From Rhabdothermincola salaria (GTDB lineage: Bacteria; Actinomycetota; Acidimicrobiia; Acidimicrobiales; Acidimicrobilacustridaceae): a stretch of DNA of 64,000 bases. Made by a program: the position numbers and the translations under genes. The notes under the pieces are model-generated. The model searched no databases and was not told the origin of the DNA. It saw only the letters and a list, made by a program, of their open reading frames with translations. The stretch is taken from NCBI RefSeq assembly GCF_021246445.1, contig NZ_JAJQXW010000003.1, positions 186,001 through 250,000 on the forward strand, read 5' to 3'. Below, in pieces: positions 11,197-20,420 of this stretch (positions are counted from its first letter, which is position 1; each line of letters begins with the position of its first letter).

Positions 11197-12522
11197 TCAG
11201 CCCAACCCGAGCCGGTCGGGAGCCATCGCCCGCTCTCGCCACTCGCCGTCGGGCACGTGGCGAGCGACCTCCTCGGTGAGCAGACGACGCAGCACCTCGA
11301 CCGCCGCTTGGTCGTCGGGTCGTCGCGCCGCGGCCCGCACCGCGTCGAGCGCGGCCACCAGCCGCCGCGAGATCTGGGGCGAGGACGCGCCGTACAAGAT
11401 GATCTCGGTGAACCCGAGGTCGAGCAGGCGGCCGAAGGTGGCCACTGGCCGCACGACGCGCACCACGCCCTCGTCGTCGTGGTAGATGCCGTCGGGGTCC
11501 TCCCGCCCGGCGGCCAGCACCAGCAGCTCCTCGACGCGCTCCAACGCCTGGAGGGCCGTGGTCGGGTCGTTGACCGCCGGCGACAGGGCCTTGGAGGCCA
11601 CGTCGACGAGCTGGCGCAGCCCGTAGGAGGGGTCCTGGTAGAGGTTGCGCTCGACGCCGAGGTGGAAGGCAGAAGCCAACCGGGCGGGATCGACCGGGGT
11701 GCCACCGTGCAACCGGGCCACCAGCAGGCCGTGGTGCACGTGCACCCCGATCTCGGTGGTGAGCTCGATCACCGTGTCGTGGGCCACCGCCAGCTCCACC
11801 AGCGGGGGGATGCCGACGCCTTGCAGGACCCCGGACCGCCGGCGCCAGTGCACCACCGAGGTGATCGGGCCCAGCTCGGGAACCTCGACCGGCTCGTCGT
11901 GACCCGTGGCCGCCCGGTTGGCGACCACCGCCCGGCGGGTCTCCTCGGCGATCGTCTCGACCACGACGCTCACCTGCATGGCCCGCACGATGGCGTGCAC
12001 GTAGAAGACGAACACGACGAGGCAACCCATCGTGCCCAAGACCACCATCAGCAATGAGAAGACGGGGACGAAGGGGTCGCGGCCCAGCTCGCCCTCGAGG
12101 CCGGGTGCACCGGCGTCGAGCTGCAGCATCACCATCAAGGCGAAGAGGAACGTGCCCAGGAAGATGCCGAGCGTGAACTTGGTCAGGGGGGCCCGCACGA
12201 AGGTGCGCAGCAGGCGGGGCGAGTACTGCTGGCTGGCCAGCTGCAGGGCCACGATGGTGATCGAGAACACCACACCGAGGAAGGTGAGCAACGCCGGCGC
12301 GATGGTCGTGATGACGGCGCGGGCGTCCTCGACCGACCACCACGTGGCGTCGGCCTCGGGCTCGTAGGCGATGGCCTCGTCGATCCCCTCGCTGACCAGC
12401 CCCAACACGAAGGCCACGGCGAGGCACCCCATGGGGACGACCCACAGCGAGGAGCGGATCGTCTCGACCCACTGCGACCGCTGGGTGTTGCGTCGTTCGA
12501 TGGGCGCGACCGTGCTCGACAT
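11197..12522 (-). CDS. DUF2254 family membrane protein
   Basis: FSITIVALQLASQQYSPRLLR and QDPSYGLRQLVDVASKALSPAVNDPTTA. Confidence 0.9.
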   Translation of the reverse strand: MSSTVAPIERRNTQRSQWVETIRSSLWVVPMGCLAVAFVLGLVSEGIDEAIAYEPEADATWWSVEDARAVITTIAPALLTFLGVVFSITIVALQLASQQYSPRLLRTFVRAPLTKFTLGIFLGTFLFALMVMLQLDAGAPGLEGELGRDPFVPVFSLLMVVLGTMGCLVVFVFYVHAIVRAMQVSVVVETIAEETRRAVVANRAATGHDEPVEVPELGPITSVVHWRRRSGVLQGVGIPPLVELAVAHDTVIELTTEIGVHVHHGLLVARLHGGTPVDPARLASAFHLGVERNLYQDPSYGLRQLVDVASKALSPAVNDPTTALQALERVEELLVLAAGREDPDGIYHDDEGVVRVVRPVATFGRLLDLGFTEIILYGASSPQISRRLVAALDAVRAAARRPDDQAAVEVLRRLLTEEVARHVPDGEWRERAMAPDRLGLG

Positions 12523-12635
12523 GGCCTCGCGAGTCTGACCGAACCGCCGCCGCGAGGGAGGGACCTCGTCGGCCCGCCCGGCACCTGTGCGCCCGACCGA
12601 GGCAGCCGGGGACCCGCTCCGTACACTCGGCCCCG

Positions 12636-14261
12636 ATGGCCGTGACTCCCCCCACCGAGCCCCTCTCCCGCCCCGAGGACGATGCCCCGAACGACCTGTC
12701 GATCGGGGCCTTCTCCGACGACCCGCCGTGGCTGGTCGACCCCGAGGTGATGCCCTGGCGGGAGGCCGTCGACGCCGTGCGCTGGGTCACCCGGGCCCAG
12801 CTCCCCGACCTCATCCGACCTCGCCGACTCCCACGCGGTCGTCGGGTCTTCACCGTCGTGCGCCGCCTCGGCACCGCCCTGTTGCCCTGGTACCTGATCG
12901 ACCGGCGCAAGGGACGCGAGCTCAGCCGGGCCGGCCTCTCTCGACGGTTGCGCATCGCCGCCGAGCACCTCGGCCCCACCTACATCAAGCTCGGTCAGAT
13001 CATCTCCTCCGGTGAGGGGCTCTTCCCCGAGGAGCTGGTGACCGAGTTCAAGAAGTGCCGGGATCAGGTCCCGCCCCAACCGTTCCGCGACGTGCGCACC
13101 ATCATCGAGACCGACTTCGGGCGGCCCCTCGAGGACGTCTTCGCCGCGTTCGAGCGCACGCCGTTGGCGGCAGCATCGATCGCCCAGGTGCACGCCGCCA
13201 CCCTCCACACCGGCGAGCAGGTGGTGGTGAAGGTGCAGCGGCGCACCGTGGGCGAGCGGGTCCACGCCGACCTCGAGGTCATGGCGTGGCTGGCCCCGTT
13301 CCTCGTCGGCCGCATCCCGATCGCCGCGCTGGCCAACCCGCCGGCGCTGGTCGAGCTGTTCGCCGAGACGATCACCGAGGAGCTCGACTTCCGGCTCGAG
13401 GCCCAGAACATGCTCGACGTGGCGGCGTCGTTCGTCGAGCTCGGGCAGCGCGGCTACGTGGTGCCCCGCCCCCACCCCGAGCTCGTCACCCCCCGTGTGC
13501 TCGTCATGGAGCGCCTCGACGGCTTCAACTTCGACGACGTCGCCGCCATGAAGGACGCCGGCGTGGACACCCACGCGGTGGTGCGCACCGGCATGATCGG
13601 GTTCATGGAAGGGGCCCTCATCTGTGGCATCTTCCACGGCGACCTGCACGGCGGGAACCTGTTCGTGATGGCCGACGGCCGCACCGCCCTGCTCGACTTC
13701 GGCATCACCGGGCGCATGGGGGAGGCGCAGCGCCTGGCGTTCCTGCGCCTGTTGCTGGGGGCGACCACCAACGACGTGCGCACCCAGCTGGCCGCCCTGC
13801 GCGACCTGGGAGCGCTGCCCCTCGACACCGACCTCGAACAGGTCATCGTCGATCTCGACCTCGAAGGCGCCCCCATCGACCCGACGTCGTTGACGCCCGA
13901 CGAGATGATCCACGAGATCCAGCGGGTGGTGAAGCTGCTGCTGGGCTACGGCGCCCGGATGCCCAAGGAGCTCATGCTCTACGTCAAGAACCTGGTGTTC
14001 CTCGACGGGGCCATCGCCCGCCTCGCCCCCGACCTCGACCTTTTCGCCGAGATCACCAGCATCGCCATGCACTTCACCCAGACCCACGGCCAGCGGATCT
14101 TCACCGACATCGGGGTCGATGCCGCCGGCGTCGAGTTCGACTTCACCGGGGTGAAGGCCGGGTTCGGCGTCGACCCGGGCATGGAGCGCCTCACCTACCG
14201 CGAGCTGCAGGCCCGGCGTGAGCTGATCCGCTCCCGCTTCGAGGACCGCGAGGTCTCCTGA
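12636..14261 (+). CDS. AarF/ABC1/UbiB family atypical kinase
   Basis: LGPTYIKLGQ, AAASIAQVH, VVVKVQR, FHGDLHGGN, LLDFG. Confidence 0.93.
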   Translation: MAVTPPTEPLSRPEDDAPNDLSIGAFSDDPPWLVDPEVMPWREAVDAVRWVTRAQLPDLIRPRRLPRGRRVFTVVRRLGTALLPWYLIDRRKGRELSRAGLSRRLRIAAEHLGPTYIKLGQIISSGEGLFPEELVTEFKKCRDQVPPQPFRDVRTIIETDFGRPLEDVFAAFERTPLAAASIAQVHAATLHTGEQVVVKVQRRTVGERVHADLEVMAWLAPFLVGRIPIAALANPPALVELFAETITEELDFRLEAQNMLDVAASFVELGQRGYVVPRPHPELVTPRVLVMERLDGFNFDDVAAMKDAGVDTHAVVRTGMIGFMEGALICGIFHGDLHGGNLFVMADGRTALLDFGITGRMGEAQRLAFLRLLLGATTNDVRTQLAALRDLGALPLDTDLEQVIVDLDLEGAPIDPTSLTPDEMIHEIQRVVKLLLGYGARMPKELMLYVKNLVFLDGAIARLAPDLDLFAEITSIAMHFTQTHGQRIFTDIGVDAAGVEFDFTGVKAGFGVDPGMERLTYRELQARRELIRSRFEDREVS

Positions 14262-14440
14262 GCGTGGTGGTCGGGCGCCACCGCCTCGGCGACGTCGTGC
14301 TCGCCCGCGCCGCGGACCGTCGAGAGCCACCCGGAGCCGGCTGACCAACACCCCGGCGCACCGGTCCCCGGTTGGCGGAAGCACACCCTGCGACCCCTAC
14401 TGTGAAGCGCTTCGACCGACGCAGGGGGATGGGACCAGCC

Positions 14441-15928
14441 GTGACCGAGATGTCCGTCGTGGAGCCGACGGCGGCCCGATCCGGCGAGGGCGGCTGGCGG
14501 GAGCTGGCGACGGCGGCGTTCGTCGTCGTGATCTGCGCCCAGGCCGCCTCGGGCATGGTGCAGGGCGCGGCGCCGATGGCGCTACCGGCCATCAGCGCCG
14601 ACCTCGGGGCCTCCAGCAGCGCCATCCAGTGGTACGCCTCGCTGTTCCCCCTCGGCTTCGCTCTCGTCTTGATCCTCGCCGGACGCGTGGGAGACCTCTT
14701 CGGGACCCGACGGCTGTTGCTGCTCGGCTACGGCGCCGTGGTGGCCGCCCTGGTGCTCAGCGCGGTGGCGCCGACCACCCCCGTCCTGCTCGTGGCCCGA
14801 CTCCTGCAGGGCGTGGCCACCGGGGTCATGGCCCCGCAGCTGTCGGCCACGATCCAGCGCCTGTTCCAGGGCCACGGCCGCACCCGGGCCTTCGCCGTGT
14901 TCTTGATGGCCACCGGTGGTTCGTTCATGCTCGGCCAGCTGGTCACCGGTGCCCTCATCACGTCGGACCTCATGGGCCTGAGCTGGCGCTGGGCCTACCT
15001 CCCGTCCATCCCCTTCGCCCTGGCGACGCTCGTCGCCGCCTGGCGCGTGCTGCCCCGCACCTTCCGGGGCACCGCCGGGCGTCTCGACCTCGTGGGCGCC
15101 GCCGCGCTGGGCATCACCGCCTTCTTGTTGATGTTCCCGGCCATCCAGGGTCGCAACGCCGGATGGCCGCTGTGGCTCGTCGTGATGTTGGGGTCGTCCG
15201 TCCCCGCCTTCCTCGCCTTCCTCGCCTACGAACGGCGGGTGATCGACCGGGGCGGGGATCCGCTGGTGAACCCGACGCTGTTCGCCATCTCGTCGTTCCG
15301 GGTCGGGAACCTCATCACCGTCGCCGTCAGCCTGATCACCTACGCGGTGCCGATCTACATGATCCTGACCATCCAGTCCGGCTTCGGGCGCACGCCGTTC
15401 GAGGCGGCGCTGCTCACCGCTCCCATGCCCTTCGCCAACATGTTCGGTGCGCTGCTCGCCGCTCCACTGGTTCGCCGCCTGGGCCGAGGCGCCGTCGCCG
15501 TGGGCGGGCTGCTGACCGGCCTGTCGTCGATCCTGGTCCTGGTGGCCACCGCCGGGTCCCCCGACACGGTCGAGGCCACCCACCTCCTCCCGGGCATCGC
15601 CCTGCTCGGCTTCGCCTCGGGCATCTCGATCGCGTCGACCATGAGCATCGTGCTCCACGAGGTGCCCCCGGCCTACGCCGGGGCGGCGGCCGGGGTGCAG
15701 TCCACCAGCCTCCAGCTCGCCGGTGCGGTGGGCATCGCCTTCTTCGGCATGGTCTTCTACGGCGCGATCGCCGAGTCCACCGACAAGGCGGCCTACCTCA
15801 CCGCCATCACCGACGTGCAGTGGATCGCCGTCGGTCTGGCCCTGCTGCAGACCATGGCGGTCGTGTTCCTGCCTCGCCACCGACCTCAGCCACTCGATCC
15901 CGCCGTTCCCCTCGACGCAACGGCATGA
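14441..15928 (+). CDS. MFS transporter (DHA2-like); start approximate
   Basis: Motif A GRVGDLFGTRR, ARLLQG, many TM helices. Confidence 0.88.
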   Translation: MTEMSVVEPTAARSGEGGWRELATAAFVVVICAQAASGMVQGAAPMALPAISADLGASSSAIQWYASLFPLGFALVLILAGRVGDLFGTRRLLLLGYGAVVAALVLSAVAPTTPVLLVARLLQGVATGVMAPQLSATIQRLFQGHGRTRAFAVFLMATGGSFMLGQLVTGALITSDLMGLSWRWAYLPSIPFALATLVAAWRVLPRTFRGTAGRLDLVGAAALGITAFLLMFPAIQGRNAGWPLWLVVMLGSSVPAFLAFLAYERRVIDRGGDPLVNPTLFAISSFRVGNLITVAVSLITYAVPIYMILTIQSGFGRTPFEAALLTAPMPFANMFGALLAAPLVRRLGRGAVAVGGLLTGLSSILVLVATAGSPDTVEATHLLPGIALLGFASGISIASTMSIVLHEVPPAYAGAAAGVQSTSLQLAGAVGIAFFGMVFYGAIAESTDKAAYLTAITDVQWIAVGLALLQTMAVVFLPRHRPQPLDPAVPLDATA

Positions 15929-15955
15929 CCCACCGCCGACTCGGGCCTGGCTCGC

Positions 15956-16186
15956 GAGCACCTCGGCGGGTATCGCCTCCGGTTGACCTTCGCCGACGGC
16001 TTGGTCGGTGACGTGGACCTCACCGACCGTTGTGCGAACCCACGGGGACCGATGTTCGAGCCACTTCGCGACGTCGAGTTCTTCGCCCGGGTTGCGATGG
16101 ATCGCGAACTCGGCACCGTGGTCTGGCCGAACGGCGCTGACCTCGCTCCCGAGGCCCTCCACGAGCAAGCCCTGAGCCTCGCCTGA
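15956..16186 (+). pseudogene. DUF2442-family (putative antitoxin) fragment, 5'-truncated
   Basis: EHLGGYRLRLTFADG..DL..GPMFEPLRD..FF..GTVVWPNGADLAPE. The frame runs back to the MFS stop codon with no start upstream of the homologous region, and no DUF4160 partner is present. Confidence 0.7.
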
Positions 16187-16189
16187 AAG

Positions 16190-16216
16190 GCACCTCCATC
16201 CGGCGTTCGGAGATGC
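16190..16216 (+). repeat. Cassette-boundary site A
   Basis: GCACCTCC-AT-CCGGCG-TTC-GGAGATGC, 3 nt after the DUF2442 stop. Confidence 0.7.
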
Positions 16217-16329
16217 TCGCCCGGCGATGACCGCCCCCAACTCGTAACCTCCGGGGCATAGGGCAGCGCGGGACTCATGCGCATCGGCTGGAGATGCGAA
16301 CCGCGGCTGCTCCGATGGGAGCGCGTGCC

Positions 16330-16977
16330 ATGTCCTTCTTCGGACCTCCGCCGGATTCCCCGACCGGGATGCCGATGGAGCCCCCGAAGTGGGGCCCACC
16401 AGTGTGGGATCGGCCCGCGGAGGACACTCTCGGGGTCTCAGTCGGCATGTCAGTGGTCTTGGCGGTCACCGACGAGCACGCCGTCGTCTTCGACAACGTG
16501 CACGCCTTCTCCAACGGCTTCACGTTCGACTTGGTACAGATGCGCAACCCGAACATCCCGGTTGACTTCTCACAGATGCACCAGCGGCCCATGTTCATGA
16601 ACGGTCCGCGACTTGGCTTTGAGTTCGTCGACGGATCCATCGTCACCACCGAGCAGCCAGGGATTCCAGCAGTACCTGGCGGCGGAGCTCCCGGCGGGTG
16701 GTCATCGACGACCATCTCGGCCGCAGCGGCCTCCTCGGAGAGGCCAGGCTTCGACGCCGAAGGTGTGCCGACCGGGCACGTGCTGCGAACGCGCGGCAGC
16801 GGCGGGTCCCAGTACCGGCAAGCCACCGAGCTCTGGTGCTTCCGTCTACCGCCACCGGGACCGATGACGATCCATGCCGACTGGCCCGATCACTTTGACG
16901 AAGTGGCCATCGATGTCGACGCCACTCCGATCGTCGACGCCGCGGGCCGTTCGAGGATCCTGTGGCCTAGAACGTGA
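16330..16977 (+). CDS. Hypothetical protein (cassette cargo)
   Basis: 215-aa ORF with a Pro-rich N-terminus and LWCFRLPPPGPMTIHADWP; stop codon lies inside site B. Confidence 0.75.
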   Translation: MSFFGPPPDSPTGMPMEPPKWGPPVWDRPAEDTLGVSVGMSVVLAVTDEHAVVFDNVHAFSNGFTFDLVQMRNPNIPVDFSQMHQRPMFMNGPRLGFEFVDGSIVTTEQPGIPAVPGGGAPGGWSSTTISAAAASSERPGFDAEGVPTGHVLRTRGSGGSQYRQATELWCFRLPPPGPMTIHADWPDHFDEVAIDVDATPIVDAAGRSRILWPRT

Positions 16978-17003
16978 CCCGCATAGCCGGTGCTACGGGG
17001 CGC
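16974..17003 (+). repeat. Cassette-boundary site B
   Basis: GTGACCCG-CATAG-CCGGTG-CTA-CGGGGCGC; contains the stop codons of both flanking genes. Confidence 0.6.
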
Positions 17004-17157
17004 CCGGCTGGGAACGAGCGACCAAGACGCCAGATGGATGTGCCGGACCTGCGTCGCCGTCCTGGCGAGTGCAGCGGGTTCCAACGACCACTGCAAAGAC
17101 CAGGAGGGCCACGAAGAAAGCGGCGATGATCCACTGCGTTCTCGTCTCAGGTGTCAC
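16993..17157 (-). CDS. Small membrane protein, 54 aa (cassette cargo)
   Basis: AGGAG RBS before GTG 17157; single TM WIIAAFFVALLVFAVVVG. Confidence 0.6.
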   Translation of the reverse strand: MTPETRTQWIIAAFFVALLVFAVVVGTRCTRQDGDAGPAHPSGVLVARSQPGAP

Positions 17158-17240
17158 GGCTCTCCTCAGCGTCCCAGCTGCGCCGATGGGCTGGCAAACG
17201 CGTCCGAGCGTGAGACGACGCGGGCCTCTCTCCGGTTCCC

Positions 17241-17270
17241 GTGTCACCCACTCCCGGCGTTCAGAGGCAC
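17241..17270 (+). repeat. Cassette-boundary site C
   Basis: GTGTCACC-CACTC-CCGGCG-TTC-AGAGGCAC. Confidence 0.7.
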
Positions 17271-17275
17271 TTGGC

Positions 17276-17572
17276 TTACTCGTGGAGAGCCTCGGAGACG
17301 ATGAGATCGAGGCGTTGGCCCAGGTGATCGCGATAGAGGCCATTGCTGCTCCGGAGCTTCGCGCCCGGGAACGTGGCGCGCAGTGCTGCCTCAAGGGCGG
17401 CGCGTGCAGCTCTTGGATCCGGCGCCGCTCCGACCTCGTCTACAACCCGTGTTGCAACGTCATCCCAGTAGTTCCCGTCCCAGTGGCTCTCAGTCAGCCA
17501 TGGCTCCAACACCTCGACCTCGCGCATCGCTGCCGACCATCGTCGGACTAGCTCGTCCCGCGCCGCCGCCAT
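17276..17572 (-). CDS. Hypothetical protein, 98 aa (cassette cargo)
   Basis: ATG 17572 lies 7 nt after a TAGGTT -10 box; stop is 5 nt from site C. Confidence 0.6.
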   Translation of the reverse strand: MAAARDELVRRWSAAMREVEVLEPWLTESHWDGNYWDDVATRVVDEVGAAPDPRAARAALEAALRATFPGAKLRSSNGLYRDHLGQRLDLIVSEALHE

Positions 17573-17609
17573 AGGGCCCAACCTATCGATCAGCTGCCGC
17601 CACCCAGGA

Positions 17610-17638
17610 GCATCTCCTTGTCCCGGCGAAAGGGACAC
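17610..17638 (+). repeat. Cassette-boundary site D
   Basis: GCATCTCC-TTGTC-CCGGCG-AA-AGGGACAC. Confidence 0.62.
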
Positions 17639-17647
17639 GTCGTGCTG

Positions 17648-17956
17648 TCAGAAGTGCAGGCGCCGTCCCTGGTCTTCGTCATCCGGTGCGTCGTTGAAGT
17701 CTCTACCGATCAGCCAGACCAGCCCCCGCTCTGGTGTCCCGTCCGGCATCAAATCGCGGACCAGTGCGATCGACCACCGCCGATCGGGACCCGCCTCGGT
17801 ACGTGCCCAAGCGATGACCTCACTCACATCTGAGTCACTGATGTCGAAGGTCTCGGCCGAGTAGGACGGGCCGGCTCCGCTGAAGACGTACACCCGGAAG
17901 ACTGCTCCGTGGTCCTCCCAGCCGCAGTCTCGTTCATCCACAGGAGTGACGCGCAC
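17648..17956 (-). CDS. Hypothetical protein, 102 aa (cassette cargo)
   Basis: VDERDCGWEDHGAVFRVYVF..DVSEVIAWA..RGLVWLIGRD; TAGGGT -10 box 6 nt before GTG. Confidence 0.75.
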   Translation of the reverse strand: MRVTPVDERDCGWEDHGAVFRVYVFSGAGPSYSAETFDISDSDVSEVIAWARTEAGPDRRWSIALVRDLMPDGTPERGLVWLIGRDFNDAPDDEDQGRRLHF

Positions 17957-17980
17957 GCTCGGACCCTACCGATCAGACCT

Positions 17981-18006
17981 GGTTTCCTTCCGGCGTTCTG
18001 AGACGC
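17981..18006 (+). repeat. Cassette-boundary site E
   Basis: GGTTTCC-TT-CCGGCG-TTC-TGAGACGC. Confidence 0.65.
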
Positions 18007-18045
18007 GAGCGTGGCGGCGAGCAGGTCCCGGTTAGCGTCGCCCGA

Positions 18046-18396
18046 GTGGAAGTGGTTCAACCGGTGGGGAGGGTGGCTCGCGCAACGGTGCGAGTGGTGC
18101 TGGTCGGACTCCTTGCAACCACCGGTCTCATCGTCATCGGGGTGGCCCTCGCCTTTCACTTGTGGCAGAGGGAGGCGGCTCGGATCAGCTGCCCGATGGG
18201 CTACTTCTTCGATCCCGGAGATTGGATGGGGCTAGACCCGCCCGTGTGCCGGAGCGAGTCGGGCTCGTCAGCTCTACCCCTGATCCACGACTTGGCCTGG
18301 TGGGAGCCTTGGTGGTCCACCCTGCTCCTTGTGGCCGTGGTCCTGCTCTGCGTCGGGACAGTGCGGAAGCTGGGCGGCGTTGTCTGGCGCGTGTAG
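18046..18396 (+). CDS. Small two-TM membrane protein with a Cys pair (cassette cargo)
   Basis: Two hydrophobic helices flank a C..C loop; TAGCGT -10 box 7 nt before GTG. Confidence 0.65.
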   Translation: MEVVQPVGRVARATVRVVLVGLLATTGLIVIGVALAFHLWQREAARISCPMGYFFDPGDWMGLDPPVCRSESGSSALPLIHDLAWWEPWWSTLLLVAVVLLCVGTVRKLGGVVWRV

Positions 18397-18431
18397 ATCG
18401 CAGGCCACTCGGAGTCTCGTCGACGCCGAGA

Positions 18432-18461
18432 GGTCCCCCTATGGCCGGCGATCTGGGCACC
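18432..18461 (+). repeat. Cassette-boundary site F
   Basis: GGTCCCCC-TATGG-CCGGCG-ATC-TGGGCACC. Confidence 0.68.
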
Positions 18462-18494
18462 AGGGAGACCGGGCGGTCGGGTGGTGGGCCTGTG

Positions 18495-19481
18495 TCACTG
18501 CACTGATAGGGGGCCACTGATTGGTTGGCCGTCGGCGCTGGTCGCGGAGACGGTGATTGTCACGGGTAGCGGGATCACCGACATGACTCCGAGAGCACCC
18601 GGGAGGTTGCCGTCGGCGGCCACGACCAGTTCGTTGGTCGTGGAGTCGAGTTGTCCGGCGAGCTGGACCTCGTAGGTGAACGTCGACCCCGGTTCGAGTC
18701 CGCTGGCGGTGAGCAGCACGGTGCCGTCGCGCTCGGCGCACACCTCCCCCTCTCCGGCCGAGAGGCACGATCTGGCGGGTTCGGCCGAGATTGAGACGTC
18801 CTCGATTCCGTTGGCGGCGACGAAGGCCCGCCACCCGGGGTCATCCACGCGTCCGAGGGCCCCGATGGTTTCGACCAGCGGGCTAGAGCCGATGTCGGGC
18901 GCTGCGCAGAGGCGTCCGGTGTCGTCGCCTCGGACGAGCAGGTCCACGGACAGGGACCCCTCGAGCCACACCGCGGTGGCCGCTGCGTTGCCCTGCGGTC
19001 CCGGTTCATCATCGATCGTGGGCTCATGGCCGCAGTGGACGTACACCGAGCCGATCCCGTCCACTTCGATGGCTTCCGCTCCTGCCGCCCTCAGCTCCAG
19101 GTACTCCTCGGAGGGCTGTTCGCCGGCGAAGTCGAGCTGGGTCAGCTGGTAGGGCTGTCCGTCGACGGTGAAGTTGATCGTGGAGCCGCCCGGCACCTGG
19201 ATCCCCGAGATGTCCGTCGCGTCGAGGGGAGGGACGAGGTAGCTCCCCGCGCCCGATGTCACCGGGATTGACGCGTCGTCGCGGGTGAGCACGACTGCGG
19301 CGATGCCCCCGACGACGAGCACCATGGCGGCCACGGCAAAGACGATGGACCGTCGGCCACGGGCCAGGACCTCAGGTTGGGTGGCGTAGTCGCCCACGGC
19401 CGTCGCGTCTTGGATGTCGACTCCTGACAGGTTGCGGTGGGCGAGGGCTCGGAGTTGTTCTTCGAGTGGTCGACTCATCAC
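18495..19481 (-). CDS. Putative membrane-anchored anti-sigma factor/sensor
   Basis: LEEQLRAL N-terminus, one TM, large extracytoplasmic domain; overlaps the stop codon of the ECF sigma gene. Confidence 0.65.
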   Translation of the reverse strand: MMSRPLEEQLRALAHRNLSGVDIQDATAVGDYATQPEVLARGRRSIVFAVAAMVLVVGGIAAVVLTRDDASIPVTSGAGSYLVPPLDATDISGIQVPGGSTINFTVDGQPYQLTQLDFAGEQPSEEYLELRAAGAEAIEVDGIGSVYVHCGHEPTIDDEPGPQGNAAATAVWLEGSLSVDLLVRGDDTGRLCAAPDIGSSPLVETIGALGRVDDPGWRAFVAANGIEDVSISAEPARSCLSAGEGEVCAERDGTVLLTASGLEPGSTFTYEVQLAGQLDSTTNELVVAADGNLPGALGVMSVIPLPVTITVSATSADGQPISGPLSVQ

Positions 19482-19936
19482 GCCTCCTCTCCCTTGAGGT
19501 CACGGCGAAGCCGGGAGAGGCCCCGCCTCACGAGAGTGCCGATGGTGGACTCGGATCGTCCGGTCATCCGGGCCACGTCGGCCTTGGACCAACCGCAGCC
19601 GACCACCAAGAACACGGCGAGGCGTTGCTTCTCCGGAAGTCGCCCGAGGGCGGAGGCGAGCGCCGGCTCGTACTCTGGGGGCGCCTCGACCGGCAGCAGG
19701 TACTGCGGAGGGATCCGTTTGCGGCGAACGCGGGTCTGGGAGCGGCCGACCTTGAACAGGTAGCCGACCGGGGATTCCATGGCCATCACCCGATGCCGGT
19801 GCTCCCACGCGTAGGCCATGGCCAGCGCGTGGCCGTCCTCACCGCGGTCCGGGCCGAGCGCGCCGATCAGCGCCTGACGGAGCGGGACGCCCACCTTGAC
19901 GGCGAACTCGTCGAAGCTCTGGTCGTTCTCCACCAT
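19478..19936 (-). CDS. ECF (SigE-like) RNA polymerase sigma factor
   Basis: AMAYAWEH..SPVGYLFKVG; region 4 LPEKQRLAVFL..GWSKADVARMTGRSESTIGTLVRRGLSRLR. Confidence 0.88.
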   Translation of the reverse strand: MVENDQSFDEFAVKVGVPLRQALIGALGPDRGEDGHALAMAYAWEHRHRVMAMESPVGYLFKVGRSQTRVRRKRIPPQYLLPVEAPPEYEPALASALGRLPEKQRLAVFLVVGCGWSKADVARMTGRSESTIGTLVRRGLSRLRRDLKGEEA

Positions 19937-20102
19937 CGGTTCCAGCGTCCGCCCTCCGTTGCTCACAGTACCTAGAGGCAACAACGCACCGAGATCCGCG
20001 ACACCGAAGGCCACCCGCCCCGCCCGGCACCACTGCAGGACACCCGGAGGGGGGTTCGACGGTGCCCAGGCGGGTTGTGCAGCAACGAGAAGGGTCGTGC
20101 TC

Positions 20103-20130
20103 GCGTCACCCAGCCGGCGTTAGCGGACAC
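20103..20130 (+). repeat. Cassette-boundary site H
   Basis: GCGTCACC-CAG-CCGGCG-TTA-GCGGACAC; TTA is the stop codon of the adjacent gene. Confidence 0.65.
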
Positions 20131-20359
20131 CCGAGCCCGAAGCCCCTCGGTCCTTCCTATACATCGCCTCGAGTGCGGCCCAGATCCCAACGGCGACCAC
20201 CAGCATGCCGAGCACGACACTGAAGTAGATCCACCGGGCCGCCTCGGCTTCCTCGACGACACCCCGTACGAGGGCCACGACGGATCCGAAGGCGAGAAGC
20301 CGCACCAGCCAGCGCCGGCGTCGCCACCAAGGCCAGTCCCGTGTTCCGTCATCCGCCAT
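20120..20359 (-). CDS. Small two-TM membrane protein (cassette cargo)
   Basis: 79-aa ORF with two hydrophobic segments, between sites H and I. Confidence 0.6.
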   Translation of the reverse strand: MADDGTRDWPWWRRRRWLVRLLAFGSVVALVRGVVEEAEAARWIYFSVVLGMLVVAVGIWAALEAMYRKDRGASGSGVR

Positions 20360-20391
20360 GAGGCACACCTACCCTGTCGGTACTCCTGAGA

Positions 20392-20420
20392 GGTCCCCAA
20401 GACCCGGCGATCAGGGGCAC
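20392..20420 (+). repeat. Cassette-boundary site I
   Basis: GGTCCCC-AAGAC-CCGGCG-ATC-AGGGGCAC. Confidence 0.7.

Noticed and set aside
16221..16267. Additional weak site-like sequences (16221, 16251; also about 20024, 20501 and 21194)
   Set aside because: Only partial matches, so not counted without a PWM score; they may be decayed sites.
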